A stretch of DNA of 64,000 nt, from the NCBI GenBank assembly GCA_951406725.2, contig OX597819.1, forward strand, positions 70,990,001 through 71,054,000, written 5' to 3'. This document shows, one piece after another, positions 28,033 to 40,635 of this stretch (within the stretch, counting starts at the first letter, position 1; each line of letters starts with the position of its first letter). The notes beneath the pieces are model-generated. The model ran no database searches and was not told where the DNA came from. It saw only the letters and a program-made list of their open reading frames with translations. Source of the stretch: Octopus vulgaris. Its lineage: Eukaryota. The position numbers and the translations under genes are program-made.

Positions 28033-28231
28033 TTGGAATTTACAGAAGACGAAGACAGGTGTATGAACAACAAGCAAGTGTATTAGTTTGACGCTCGGGA
28101 AGGTGGGAAAGTCTTTTACATTTTGTGCCTATGCTCTTCAGCGGAAAGGAACACATGGAAATAAACAGAGAGAGAATAAAAAAAACTTTAGGGGCTAGTG
28201 GTCAATCATAGCGGCTGCATATATATATATA

Positions 28232-28277
<46 letters not shown>

Positions 28278-28838
28278 TATATGTGTGTGTGTGTGTGTTA
28301 AGAAGAGATATCTAAATTACTAATATTATATAAAAATTGCTAGCATTTCACCATCTTATTGGTTCCTCATTGTTTATTAATATCAATCCAGATATTTCCC
28401 CAAACTACTTTGTAATTAATAAAACTGGTATCTAACTAACAATGTTAACATTCCTACTACTACTAACACATGCTTAACCCTTTTTCCTGTCCAAAGCCTT
28501 TTTTATAAGTCTGCTCTAATTCACCATGCTTGCTTTTAAGTTAGTCCTTAATATATGTCCCACACATGATACATAGGACAGGCAAATGGTTAGACTCCAA
28601 GCGTAGCCTGAACATCCCAAGAGGCAGCCCTGAATCTTAGCTTTTTTTTTTTTTCATTACTTTCTTTTTTTTTTGTTTTTTGTATCCTTCCTTTTGCTTT
28701 CATATCTTATGTCTTTGTTCTTTCATTAACACGTAATGCATTTATGTCATCCCTACCTTCCTGCTTTTACCGTATTGTATTCCATTTTTATTTCTGTTTG
28801 TTTGCATGTCCTGTCATGTCTGTGTGTCCTGTGTCTAG

Positions 28839-29000
28839 CTAGATGTGTGTCATTTGTCCAGCCCCCTTGTTCCCACCCCGTTCCAACTTTCATCAGCTGT
28901 TGCTGCTGCTCATTTTGATTCTTATATGTTGAAGAAGGGTGTCAACAGAAAGAATATCTACACTGTGACACTTAACGCCCTCATTCCCCTTGTTAGTTAG
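28839..29000 (+). CDS. Candidate alternative terminal exon (LDVCHLSSPLVPTPFQLSSAVAAAHFDSYMLKKGVNRKNIYTVTLNALIPLVS*)
   Basis: First AG after a roughly 196-nt AG-free pyrimidine-rich zone (28641-28836); phase 0 frame open for 53 codons; SINE-free surroundings. Confidence 0.45.
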   Translation, partial: LDVCHLSSPLVPTPFQLSSAVAAAHFDSYMLKKGVNRKNIYTVTLNALIPLVS

Positions 29001-29004
29001 TTTT

Positions 29005-29410
29005 AATGTATTATATACACTGTATACTGTTGTTTTATATATATATATATATATTGTACACTGTTGTGTTATTAGACTGTACACTGTTAATTGTAAGGTA
29101 TTATGTACACTATTTTCTGTAAGGTATTATATATATATATACTGTAATTGATATTTGATTAGAAACTATTTTATATACTGTATGTTGTTAGTTGTAAAGT
29201 ATTATATACACTGTACACTGCTGTAAGATATTATGTACCCTGCTTGTAAGCTATTCTATACACTGTACACAATTAGTTGTAACATATTTGCTTTACTCTA
29301 CTAGCTGTAAGCTATTATATACAATATTACTTGTAGGATATTATATACACTCTTAATTGTAAGGTATTATATATAGACACTGTTTTACTATTGGTAAGAT
29401 GTTATATTGA
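29005..29410. repeat. Degenerate tandem repeat (tgtaaggtattatatacactg-like, variable period)
   Basis: About 10 recognisable tgtaag(g/c/a)tattat cores. Confidence 0.7.
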
Positions 29411-29760
29411 CTTATGCCAGTTTTATTGTTGGTGAGTTTTGTCGGGATGTAACCTCAACTGTTTGTGTATAGGTCAGTGGTGGAGTGTCTGAGTGACATT
29501 ACAGTAAAGGCTGTCAATTATTTGTGTATGTGCTAGGGCAGTGTGAAGAAATCACTGGGTTTTTTTCTTTACTTTTTTTTGTCATGTTTTACTTGTAACA
29601 AAACAAGGAAACCTAATGAGAGATGAAGAAACTTCCATTTGTTACTAAAAAAACAACTTTTCTTTGACAATGTGATATCTTCCATATCTTTATTTGAAAA
29701 ATTCATTTCAATATTGAGTTACAGTTTTATCTTTGTTCTTTTGTAATCTAGATTTAGGAT

Positions 29761-29972
29761 GCACATAAAAATTACCTGTGCTGGTGACACATAAAAATTA
29801 CCTGTGCTGGTGACACGTAAATATTGCCTGTGCTGGAGACATAAAAATTACCTGTGCTGGTGACACATAAAAATTACCTGTGCGGGTGACACATAAAAAT
29901 TACCTGTGCGGGTGACACATAAAAATTACCTGTGCGGGTGACACATAAAAATTACCTGTGCGGGTGACATAT
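29761..29972. repeat. 26-bp minisatellite (gacacataaaaattacctgtgctggt), about 8 copies
   Basis: Direct inspection; runs directly into a family C element 3' half. Confidence 0.9.
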
Positions 29973-30494
29973 AACCCCTGCACTGGCACCACATAAAAAA
30001 CACCTGTGATCGTGCCACATAAACAGCACCTATACAGGTGTTAGGAAGAGTGTCCAGCCATAGAAACCATGCCAAAACAGACAATTGGATCCTTATGAAG
30101 CTCTCTGGCTTGCCAATGGTTGAACCGTTCAACCCATACCAGCATGGAAAACAAACATTAAATGATGATGATGATGACAGTTGTTTTAGTGCCTGATTGA
30201 AATACTGTTATAGTATCATCCTGATGCAAGCTCTGGATATTATTGTCTCGAGCCCTAAGACTCAAAGGGTTCAGTTAGCTGGTTTCCATGGCAAATAATT
30301 GACCATGATTACAACATCCCACCAGAACTGGACGCCAATCCGTCACAATGTCACCCAGTTACAGCTGAGTGGACAGGAGCAACATGAAATGACAAGCTTC
30401 TGGCCATAGAAAATCTGCCTCAATAAATTCTAACTCATGGCAGCATGGAAAAAAAATTGAATTTTAAACAGTGGTAATGTCAATATAATGTGTG

Positions 30495-30531
<37 letters not shown>

Positions 30532-31764
30532 ATATACAAGTTGTAGCTTTTGACACAATCTGGTGTATGTGTGTGTATACATACATGTATATTTGCAGCT
30601 TTATTAATAAAGTATATGTGTATATATATATATGTGTGTGTTTGTATGTCTGTGTTTCTCCCCCCCCCAGCATCACTTGACAACTGATGCTGGTGTGTTT
30701 ATGTACCTGTAACTTAGCAGTTCGGCAAAAGAGACCGATAGAATAAGTCCTGGGGTTGATTTTCTTGACTAAAGGCGGTGCTCCAGCATGGCCGCACTGA
30801 AATTACTGAAACATGTAAAAGAGCACTAAAGTCCAGGACACCAATAAGTGTTGGTTTATTTCCAATAACCAGCGTTTAATTGTTGTAGTAGTAGTATTTT
30901 TGTTGCTATTTACCTCGTTTTGATCAGTTTTGATTGAAAAATGTCTCTTAATTTCTGATTAGTACTTATTTACATTAGTATTGGCACAAAGCCACCTACA
31001 TCTCCAATTATTTGAAGGGTCTTGTGGGTTGCCTGGTAACCTCACTGGTGCTGGTGCCATGTGGAAAGTAACTAGTTTGCTCTGTGTGGTGTTAGGCATT
31101 AAGTGTATCTAGCCGTTGAAATCATACAAAAGTAGACAGTAGACCCTGGAGTAGTCCTCTGGTTTGTTGGCTCCTGTTGAACTGTCCAATCCATGCCATC
31201 ATGGAGAACCAACTTTAAATGATGATGATGAAGGTGGCAAAGTGTCAGACTTGTGAGAGAGAGAGCTGGAAAAAATACTTCCAAGTTATTACATTCTGAG
31301 TTCAAGTTCAACTTTGCCTTTCCATTCTTTCAGAGTTGATAAAACAGGCACCAGTTGAATACAAGGAGATTGATTTAAATAACTTTCCACTCCTTTCAGA
31401 TACGCTTATTAAGATATTATTATTAACAATAAGGTAATGAGCTGGCAGAACCGTTAGCACGCTGGACAAAATGCTTAACGGTATTTTGTCTGCTGCTACG
31501 TTCTGAGTTCAAATTCCGCCAAGATTGACTTTGCCTTTCATCCTTTCGGGGTCGATTAAGTAAGTACCAGTTACGCACTGGGGTCGATATAATCGACTTA
31601 ATCCATTTGTCTGTCCTTGTTTGGACCCTCCCCCCTAGCCATTTGATGTTTAAAAAAATCTTATTTTTATAATTAAATATTAGGAACTGTCTCAAAAATT
31701 AAAATATTTTGTGTATTGTAGACATATAACCAGTTTATTGCAGATAAATTTTAACAAAATCTTG

Positions 31765-31898
31765 TATGGGCTCTCAAGGACCACATGGACCCCCAAGGTC
31801 CGCATGGAGCCCCAAGCACCACATGGACTCCCAAGGGCCGCATGGACCCCCAAGGGCCACTGGACCCCCTAGGGCCACATGGACTCCCAAGGGCCATA
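31765..31898. repeat. 19-bp GC-rich tandem repeat (gggccacatggacccccaa), about 6-7 copies, inside a hAT MITE end
   Basis: Direct inspection; followed by gttgaaaaccactg TIR at about 31907-31920. Confidence 0.8.
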
Positions 31899-34800
31899 GT
31901 TCCCCAGTTGAAAACCACTGGCCTACATGCTTTAGGTTACTGAGTCTTTTAAAGTGGTTGGCAGGGCATCTATCCATCTAAACCAATCCAAATAATGCAA
32001 AAAAAAAAAAAAAACCCAGTCTTTAGGAGTTGCAGCTTCCAATGAGGAATGACACAGGCTGAAATGATCCGTCTAACCCATGCCAGCATGGAAAACAGAC
32101 ATAAAATGATAGATGATGATGATTTTTCATTGTGCCATTCAAGTGTTTTGTGTGTGTAACAGCTACATCTCAGATATGTGAGCAGTATTCCATGAACTGC
32201 CCTCGTGGTTTTGTAGGTAGTCAGTAACTGTATAGGGATCAAGAATTACCTAGTTATGGAAAGGAGAGGCGGCCTTGCCTTTGGCATGTAATTTTGGCAA
32301 TATTGTAGAATCTTTAAGGCGACGAGCTGGCAGAATCGTTAGCGCGAAGGGTTAACGAGGATGAAGTATTCTAAGATAGTTTTACTTGCTTCAGTCATTA
32401 GACTGTGGCCATACTGGGGCACCCACCTAATTTTAGTTGAACGAATCAACTCTAGTACTTCTTTTTTTCTAAAGCCTGATACTTATTTGATAGTCTCTTT
32501 TGCCGAACCACTAAATTATGGAGAGGTTTGCACATCAACACCGATTGTCAAGCAGTGGGTGGGGGACAGACGCATACGATGGGCTTCTTTCAGTTTCTGT
32601 TTGGATCATACAGAATTCAATACAGCAGATTTGCTTCCTAGCAAGATAATATTTCCCTGTTGCTGGACATGTCAATGCACAAAATTTGAAATGAGGGACA
32701 CTTCTTGAATGATGGCAACACTTGCTTACAGCTTTCAGATAATGCCAAGATGAAGAAATATAGGTACAAAGATCGTTTCAATAAATAAAAGACTAAGACC
32801 AAGTTATTGTACCACCCTTCACAGGTTGTTCAATGCTTCCATTATATTTTGGGAAAGCTTTTTTTATTAAATATAAAATAGAAAACACACCAGAATGGTC
32901 TGGTAATAACACTTTCTACAAACACCTATATGACTTTCTCTCTTGTATTTGATAAAGAGAAGCTTTCCCGAAATATAACAGAGGCATTAAACAACTTCTG
33001 TAGAGTAATACACTATCTTGTTGATTTTATTTATTGTCATCACCTTGTATATTTTGCTGTATTTCTCACCTGAATTGTTTAAATTTCTTCTTAAAAATAT
33101 ATTTATTTCTTTATTGCCCACAGGGGGCTAAACATAGAGGGGACAAACAAGGACTGACAAAGGGAGTAGGTGGATTACATCAATCCCAGTGAGTAACTGG
33201 TACTTATTTAATCGACCCTGAAAGGATGAAAGGTAAAGTCGACCTTGGTGGAATTTGAACTCGGAACATAACAGCAGATGAAATACCGCTAAGCATTTCA
33301 CCCGGTGTGCTAATGCTTCTGCCAGCTCACCACTCTAAAAAATATTTTGAGTATGTGTGTGTGTTTACATGTAGGCACTGTGAAAGTTGAGAACTGTAAG
33401 CAATTCCTTACTTGAAAAACAGGAAGGACATCTCTCTGTAAAACAATACTTCAGTAAGATATCCTTCTAACCCATGCTAGCATACAAAAATGGATGTAAA
33501 ATGAACAAAGATCAGCAATTGCCTGCAGCAATCTCTAATTTTGACATCACTGATTTTGTCTCAAAGGGAAGGTTGGGTCCACTGGGTGTCGGCACTAGTG
33601 TAGTTGTAGGATTTGAACTGAGAAAAATGTAAAAGAGCTGGAACAAACACTGCCAGGCATTTTTATCCAATACTCTAACCATTTCCCAATTCCTTAGTCT
33701 GATCTGAGAGTTTATTTTATCATCCCTGGATAGATGGATGGGAAGCAGTCAACCTGCACAAGAACTGAATTAAAAACATAACAAGCTGGAACACACCAAA
33801 GCATTTCATTGGTCTCTCTAAGAATTCTACCAACCAACTTCTCTTAGAGATTGAACAGATACAAACTCTTGATTCTGTTTATTCATTTCTTGGAGCTCTT
33901 CTTTCTACCTCAGTTTACCTCACTGTCAAAAATAGACACTAAATTTTCATTTGACCTGTATTGTACCCAGGTGATGACCCCCCCCCACACACACACACCT
34001 ATCTTTCATTTAATAGTTATAACAATGAGTTGGTACTGCAGTAACAAGACAAGCTCACGAATTTCGTCATCATCATCATGATTCAATGTCACCTTTTCCA
34101 TGCTTGCATGGATCAGATAGAAAGTTATTAAGGCAGATTTTCAACATCTGGATATCTTTTCTGATGCCAACCTTCACCTGTTTCCAAATAAGGTAATATT
34201 TCCCCATCATCAGACATGTCTCGGAAGGACACCACTTGCACAACAGGGACACTTGTTTATGACCATCTTGTGATCTCCAATAACAGGAGACAGTAGTATG
34301 TATACACAAACAGACATACAAATGTATCTATAGATACCACCATCATTTAACGTTCCTTTTCCCATGCTGGCATGGGTTAGACGGTTTGACAGGAGTGAGG
34401 TAGCAGGCCTGAAAGCTACACCAGGCTCCAGTAGTCTGCTTTGGCATAGTTTCTGTGGCTAAATGCCTTTCCTAATGCCAACCACTTTACAGAGAGTACT
34501 GGGTGTTTTCTATGTGGCACTAGCACAGTAGACCTGTCAAGCCGGGTGAGACTGTAGTTGTGGCTGATGCTGGTGTTAGGTCAGTGGCACATAAAAAGCA
34601 CTGTTTGAGCTCATGGAGGCAGTGACAGGTGAACAAGACCCTTGGCAATTTACTGTAATTGTGTTGACCTATCAAGCCAAGTGAGGCTGTAGTTGTGGCT
34701 GATGGGGTTATCAGGTCTATGGCACCTGTGCCAGTGGCACGTAAAAAGCACTGTTCAAGCAATGGGCCTCATGGAGGCAGTGACAGGTGACCAAGACCCT

Positions 34801-35752
34801 TGGCACTATACTGTGCTTGTGTAGACATATTAAACCAAGTGAGACCATAGTTGTGGCCAATGCCGGTGTTGGGTCAATAGCACCTGTGCCTGTGACACGT
34901 AAAAAGCAGCCACTACACTCTGAGTATTTGGCATTAGGAAGGGTATCCAGCCATAGAAACCTTGCCAAATCAAATTGGAACATGGTGCAGTCTCTCAGCT
35001 TACCAGTCCAACCCATGCCAGCATGGAAAGTGGACATTAAATGATGATGAGGATTTTATATACATACATAATATACATGTAGATGGGAACTAAAAGAAGT
35101 GACGGGATTCTCTCAGTTTCCATCTCCCAAATCCACTCACAAAGCTTTGGTTCATTTTGTTGGCCCAGGGCTTATAGTAGACGTTTTCCCATGGCGCCAT
35201 GCAGTAGGGACTGAACCCAAAAAAAGTCAGGTAATTCATTAGCATGTCAAAGGAAAGTTGGAGTTGGGGATAGAGGTGAACGTTACGAGTGGATGTGTAG
35301 TTAATGGGAAATATCAATATGGGTGGGTGGGTAAGGTGAGGTGCCTCAGGAAGGAGAATTGATGAGAAAGTAGCAGTGATGTACAGTGACAGAGATGAAG
35401 TAAGAGGTACATAAGGGTGGCTGTTGTGACAGATATAGGTAGATGAAGACAATATTTGGTGGGTCTAAGACATAGCTCAGAAATAAGAGGGAGATAGCTG
35501 ATAATACGAGTGAGGAATGAATGTTAAAACGTGTCTGATAATGAGTTCTCATCATACTGAGATTAAATGCTGATGTGATTAATTATTAACAATAATTTGC
35601 TTCACAATAGGTAAGCCAAGAACAATTTTTCTGAAAGCTAGATTGTGTGTAAAACTAAACTTCCATTGATGTCTGTTCAAATTTTCTTGTATAAATTAAT
35701 AATTAAATGCTATTGATACCAACGCTTGTGGGATTTCCTCTAGTTCTTTGTT

Positions 35753-36039
35753 CCTCCTCAAGCCATGCCTGGCTCATAAGGGCCGGTTTCTTTGGCATAT
35801 AGTTCCCCACCTGAACGGGACGCCGGTCCATCGCAGGTGAGCTGCAAGATGCAGGAGGAAAAAGTGAGAGAAAGTTGTGGCGAAAGAGTCAGCAGAAGTT
35901 TCACCATTAGCTTCTGCCGGAGCCACGTGGGGCTTAGGTGTTTCGCTCATAAACACACACATCGCCCGGTCTGAGATTCGAACCCATGATCCCTCGACCG
36001 CGAGTCCGCTGCTCTAATCACTAGGCCATGTGCCTCCAC
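35753..36039 (-). mobile_element. tRNA(Arg)-like SINE family D, young full-length copy (related head at 27331)
   Basis: Head ggaggcacatggcctagtgattagagcagcggactcgcgg...gggttcgaatc; 11-bp TSD agttctttgtt at 35742 and 36040. Confidence 0.85.
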
Positions 36040-36442
36040 AGTTCTTTGTTATAATACATCCCATTTTAAAATGAACTTTTTTAGCATTTCGGCCATTTCG
36101 GGCCCAAATATTTTTTTAAGCAGTCACATCATCAAAATCTGATTAACTGAAAACAATATGGATAAATAAAGCATTTCCATTTGACAGAATAATCTGAAGA
36201 ATCTTCATGATATGAAACTATCTTCCACTTGTTTCAGTCATCAGACTGCAGTCATGCTGGGGCACCTTTAAAAATTTTTAGTTAATGGAATCAACCCCAG
36301 TCCTTAATTTTTTTTTCACTTAAGCTTGCCACTTATTCTATCGATCTCTTTTGCCAAACTGCTAAGTTACAGAAGTGTAAACACCAACACTGGTTGCTAA
36401 GTGGTAGTGGTAGTGAACACACACACACACACACACACTTGT

Positions 36443-36650
36443 ATACTAATCCCTCAACTATCGCAGGTGTTACATTCCAAATCCCCCCCCCCGTGATTGT
36501 TGAAAATCCATGAAATAGTACTGTACAGTATATATTTTTTAATTATTTTTATAATTTGTATATATTTATTTTATTATAAATGCAAAACAACACCACAGAG
36601 GAATCAATGTAAGCTTAAATAATAAACCGCGATATGACAAGAGATTACTG
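36443..36650. mobile_element. Tigger/pogo-like MITE (second partial copy at 58620-58768)
   Basis: Degenerate ends tactaatccctca / caagagattactg; shared internal sequence aaatgcaaaacaacaccac...aataaaccgcgata. Confidence 0.5.
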
Positions 36651-36652
36651 TG

Positions 36653-36685
<33 letters not shown>

Positions 36686-36901
36686 ATATATGTATGTGTA
36701 TATATATGTGTGTGTGTGTGTATATATGTATGTGTGTATATGTGTGTGTGTGTATATGTGAGTGTGTGTGTGTATATATGTATGTGTATATGTGTGTGTG
36801 TGTATATATGTATGTGTATATATGTGTGTGTATATATGTGTGTGTATATATGTGTGTGTATATATGTGTGTGTATATATGTGTGTGTGTGTGTGTATATA
36901 T

Positions 36902-36933
<32 letters not shown>
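36648..36933. repeat. Compound (TA)n/(TG)n microsatellite (representative; also 23336-23510, 57848-57900, 62115-62238, 62670-62810)
   Basis: Direct inspection. Confidence 0.95.
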
Positions 36934-36936
<3 letters not shown>

Positions 36937-37852
36937 GGGCTTCTTTCAGTTTCAATCTATCAAATCCATTCACAAGGCTTTGGTCGCAGCTATAGCAAAA
37001 GACACTTACCCCAAGTGCCCCGCAGCGAGACTGAACCAGGAACCGTGTGATTGGGAATTGGACTTCTTACCATTAAGCCCCTATCTCCACTCCACTCAAA
37101 CTTGTGATTATTTTCAAAATTATTTAAAACACAGGTAAAGTATGATGAGAAAAGGGTGAAATACTCAAGAACTGAAATTGTAAAATGTTATATCTGAAGG
37201 TGCAAGCACAATTGTGTGGTTCAGAAGTTTGCTTCACGACTGCAGTGTTTTAGGTTCAATTCCACCGTGCAGCACCTTGGTCAAGTGTCTTCCATTTTAA
37301 CCCCAAGTTGACCAAAGCCTTGTGGGTAGATTTGGTAGAATGAAACCCGAAAGAAACCCATCAAATATGTATGCTTGTATTTGTGTCTTCCCTTGTCTTG
37401 GTATTATGCAATGGTTGTAAGTGAGCCTCATTGTTATACATGTGGGGTTGTTAGTTTCCAGTCTTCTGTTGAAAACATGTCTGCTCATGGGGAAACGAGT
37501 GAGGGTTGGCAACCGGGAGGGCATCCAGCTGTAGGAAAGTGTTCGACAAATTCCATCTGACCCATGCAAGCATAGAAAAGTGGATGGTAAACATTATTTC
37601 AAAAGCAACCAGTATACTTTAAAGTGGTTGGCATTAGGAAGGACATTGGGCTATAGAAACCTGTGAAAGCAAACACTGGAGCTGGATTTGCCCCTCTGGC
37701 TCACCAGTTCTTGTTGCCAGCATGGAAAATAGAAGTGAAATGATTATGATGAAGAAATTCAAAATTGCCAAAACTCCTAGTTTAAATGTCTTTAAAGTAT
37801 TTTCACTTTTTTTTTTTGTGTGTGATTTTTTATTTCTTATTTTCTTTTCCAG

Positions 37853-37960
37853 ATTAATACCATCGTCACTGAAACTGAGGACAAATTCAATGACTTGAAG
37901 ATCAAAGGAGTGACTACTGTGACAGTTCTTGAACAAGTGGCCCAAGCTGTAGAAGGTTAA
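37853..37960 (+). CDS. Unidentified gene, terminal coding exon (INTIVTETEDKFNDLKIKGVTTVTVLEQVAQAVEG*)
   Basis: Long pyrimidine tract plus ccag acceptor, phase 0, 35 codons then TAA, followed by about 1.8 kb of SINE-free UTR-like sequence. Confidence 0.8.
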   Translation: MNTIVTETEDKFNDLKIKGVTTVTVLEQVAQAVEG

Positions 37961-39750
37961 AGCTTTCTGCCCTCCCCAGCTTTCTCTTTCTCCCTCCCTC
38001 CCCTCTCTCCCCATACTGTGGTTATTCACATTTGTCAGATTGGCGTCTTGTAACAATGACTGCAAATTACATCCCCTCCACCACCACCCCCCTAGCCCTA
38101 TCCTCAAAGAAAACCTTTTAAAAATATCTGCGATTAATCTATATTCCAGCTTCAGTTATGTTTGTTTGTTTAAAATAATTTTATCCTTTTCTTTGTCTCA
38201 ATATTTTCATGAAAAAAGAAAAATGATTGATTTAACCATTTTTTTTAAACACGCTATCATAGAAAGAAAAAAAGAAGATATATTAAAAAAAAATGCTAAA
38301 ATGAAATTTAATGGTTTCTATTTTCCTATTTCATTTGTTTTGTAAAGAGTCTTATCGGTTTTATGGAATGTGCCAATGCAATCATTTTTAAAAAAAAAAA
38401 AAGGAAGACAAGAAAAATAGGGACTGCATAATGTGATGTACATTTTCTCCTCTTCTTCCCATCCTCTGCCCTCTTTATATTTCTTTCTCTCTCTCTCTCT
38501 CTTTTTTTTATATTTCTTTTTAAGAAAAAGCTACCATCAATGAAATAAAGAAGAAAATATGGTTTCTGATAGTGGGGTGCACTTACAGAAGTTCTAACTT
38601 CTTCATCATGGAGATTCCGAACAATCAGTCTTACTGAATATTTTGAAAGTTGCTGGATAGCTTTTCTCACCTTCTCTTAACCCATCTCTCGCCCCACCAC
38701 CACCTCCCACCACCCCTTCACTTTGGTGTATAAATTGGAATTTGTGTTATTCTGGTTTCTTTCATTGTCTGGATCCTGAATATATATAATATATATATAT
38801 ATATATAAACGTGTGTATGTATATCTTTAATTTACTCTTTACTCAAAGTTGGTCATGTGTGTTTGTTTATGTTTTTGGTTTGTTTTTTATGTTGTATTTG
38901 TGGCCCTTGTTATTCCTCTTAGTGGTTTTTTTTGTTTGTGTGTGTGTGTGTATTTCTGTCTTCTGTCTGAAAAAGTGCTTTTTTCAAATTGTCCCGGACC
39001 ACTGCTTCTCTGTACACGTTTATCTCGGAGCATTATTCTGGGAGAGTAAGCTTATTCCGTACAGCAAAAACAACAACAAAAAAAGCTAAATTAATACAAG
39101 ATACGGCAACGAAAAAAACAAAAAAGGAAACCGAAAAACTCCCACATTTTACAAGTTGGTAAACGTTTGAATTGCAAATGCACAATGTGCACCAGTGCAA
39201 AACCCTTACGATAATTGAGACAAGGAAAGGAAAATGGTAACCCATTAGCTGTATGAGGACAGTGTTGGGCACTTGCCGGACTTTGCTAGCGCCATATCAA
39301 TGGTCATGTAAAATATGAGAGGTTTTTCTGCCGCAGTCTTTATTAAACGCAAACTAACTCTTACTAAAAGAAAGCAAACGGTCGTCTCTTTTAAAGGTAA
39401 ATAGGAAGGTGGAGATAAGAAAACCTGTTGACCACTAGAATTCATGTCACTGAAATATATATAAATATATAAAACTAATTTTTAGAGCTATGACTATCTC
39501 TTTACATCATATAAGAAAAACAAATACAACAAAAAACAACACTGCCTATTTAGTTTTTTAAAAAAAGTCATTTTTATCAAATGATTCAAAATTTATATCG
39601 GGTTGTCAGATAAATTCATTGGTTCTTCGTTTCTTTTTCTGTATTTGCCCCTCCATCATCATTTGTTTGAAAAGAGGTAAAATTTATTCAAATTACAAAA
39701 CTGGCAAGCAAAAATTGTAAGGGAATAGCTACAAAAATCCCGTAATATAT
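37961..39750 (+). other. Probable long 3' UTR of the plus-strand gene
   Basis: Unusual absence of SINEs relative to the rest of the window, A/T tracts, AATAAA at 38544. The end point is approximate. Confidence 0.55.
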
Positions 39751-39795
39751 ATGTGTGTGTGTGTATATATATATACATTTAGAGAATTATTATTG

Positions 39796-39831
<36 letters not shown>

Positions 39832-40615
39832 CTATATGGCAGAAGTAAGGCAGCAAGCTGGTAGAATTGTTACCATTCCAGATGAACTGCTTAGCAACAT
39901 TTCATGTCTTTACATTCTGAGTTCAAAATTCCGCTGAGGTCGACTTTGCCTCTCATTCTTTCAGGGTTGATAAAGCAAGTACCAGTTAAGTACTGGGGTC
40001 GATGTAATCAACTTGTCCCCTCCCCTACAAATAGCTGGCCTTGTGCAAAAATTTGATACCAATATTTAACGTAATTAACATAGGGACTCAACATTGGAGA
40101 GTTTTGTGTTTCGGCCATTGAGTTGCTCTGTTACTTCTGCCAAATATTAAGATGTATATATAAGTGTATATATATGTGTATATATATATGTATATATATA
40201 TGCGCGCACACACAAACACATAAAAATATTTTTGTGTTAATTCAAATAGTATTGGAAAAGGTTGAAATAAAAATGGCTGGTGGGGGTGAAAAAAAAATGA
40301 AAATGAATGAATTCATCGGACAGCCCAACATTATAAGCGAAAATTCTAAGCTATTAAATAATGCCTTCATTGCTGTCATTCCATCTTGGCTTACAGAGAA
40401 CATAACTGAATTCCTGCAAGCTTCCTTTCATTTCTCAGAAATATTCCACATACAATAAGGCTTCCACCAAGTTTTGATAACAACAACAACAGCAACACTT
40501 TAATTTCCAAATTGCTTTAACAGTTAATTAATTAGCTAATTATGGAGCTTGCTTGCTTCCATATTCTCTCACCAACTTTTAATTATTTATTTTTTTTTTT
40601 TTTTACATTTTCCAG

Positions 40616-40635
40616 TTCCCATGTCGCCTCTCTAG
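40616..40635 (+). CDS. Candidate alternative last exon (VPMSPL*) spliced from an internal donor at 37955/37956
   Basis: Poly-T tract plus ttttccag acceptor; phase 1 matches AAG|GTTAAA at the end of the 37853 exon; UTR-like sequence and AATAAA at 40841 follow. Confidence 0.45.

Noticed and set aside
28026-28200. Further hammerhead-like core (CTGAAGA gcataggcac aaaatg) and similar motifs at about 3670-3700 and 50225-50310
   Set aside because: GAAAC or stem II is mutated or absent in these copies, too degenerate to call.
35960-36039. tRNA-Arg-like sequence as a functional tRNA gene
   Set aside because: No proper acceptor stem; it continues into a SINE body and is bounded by TSDs. The same applies to the other tRNA-like heads.
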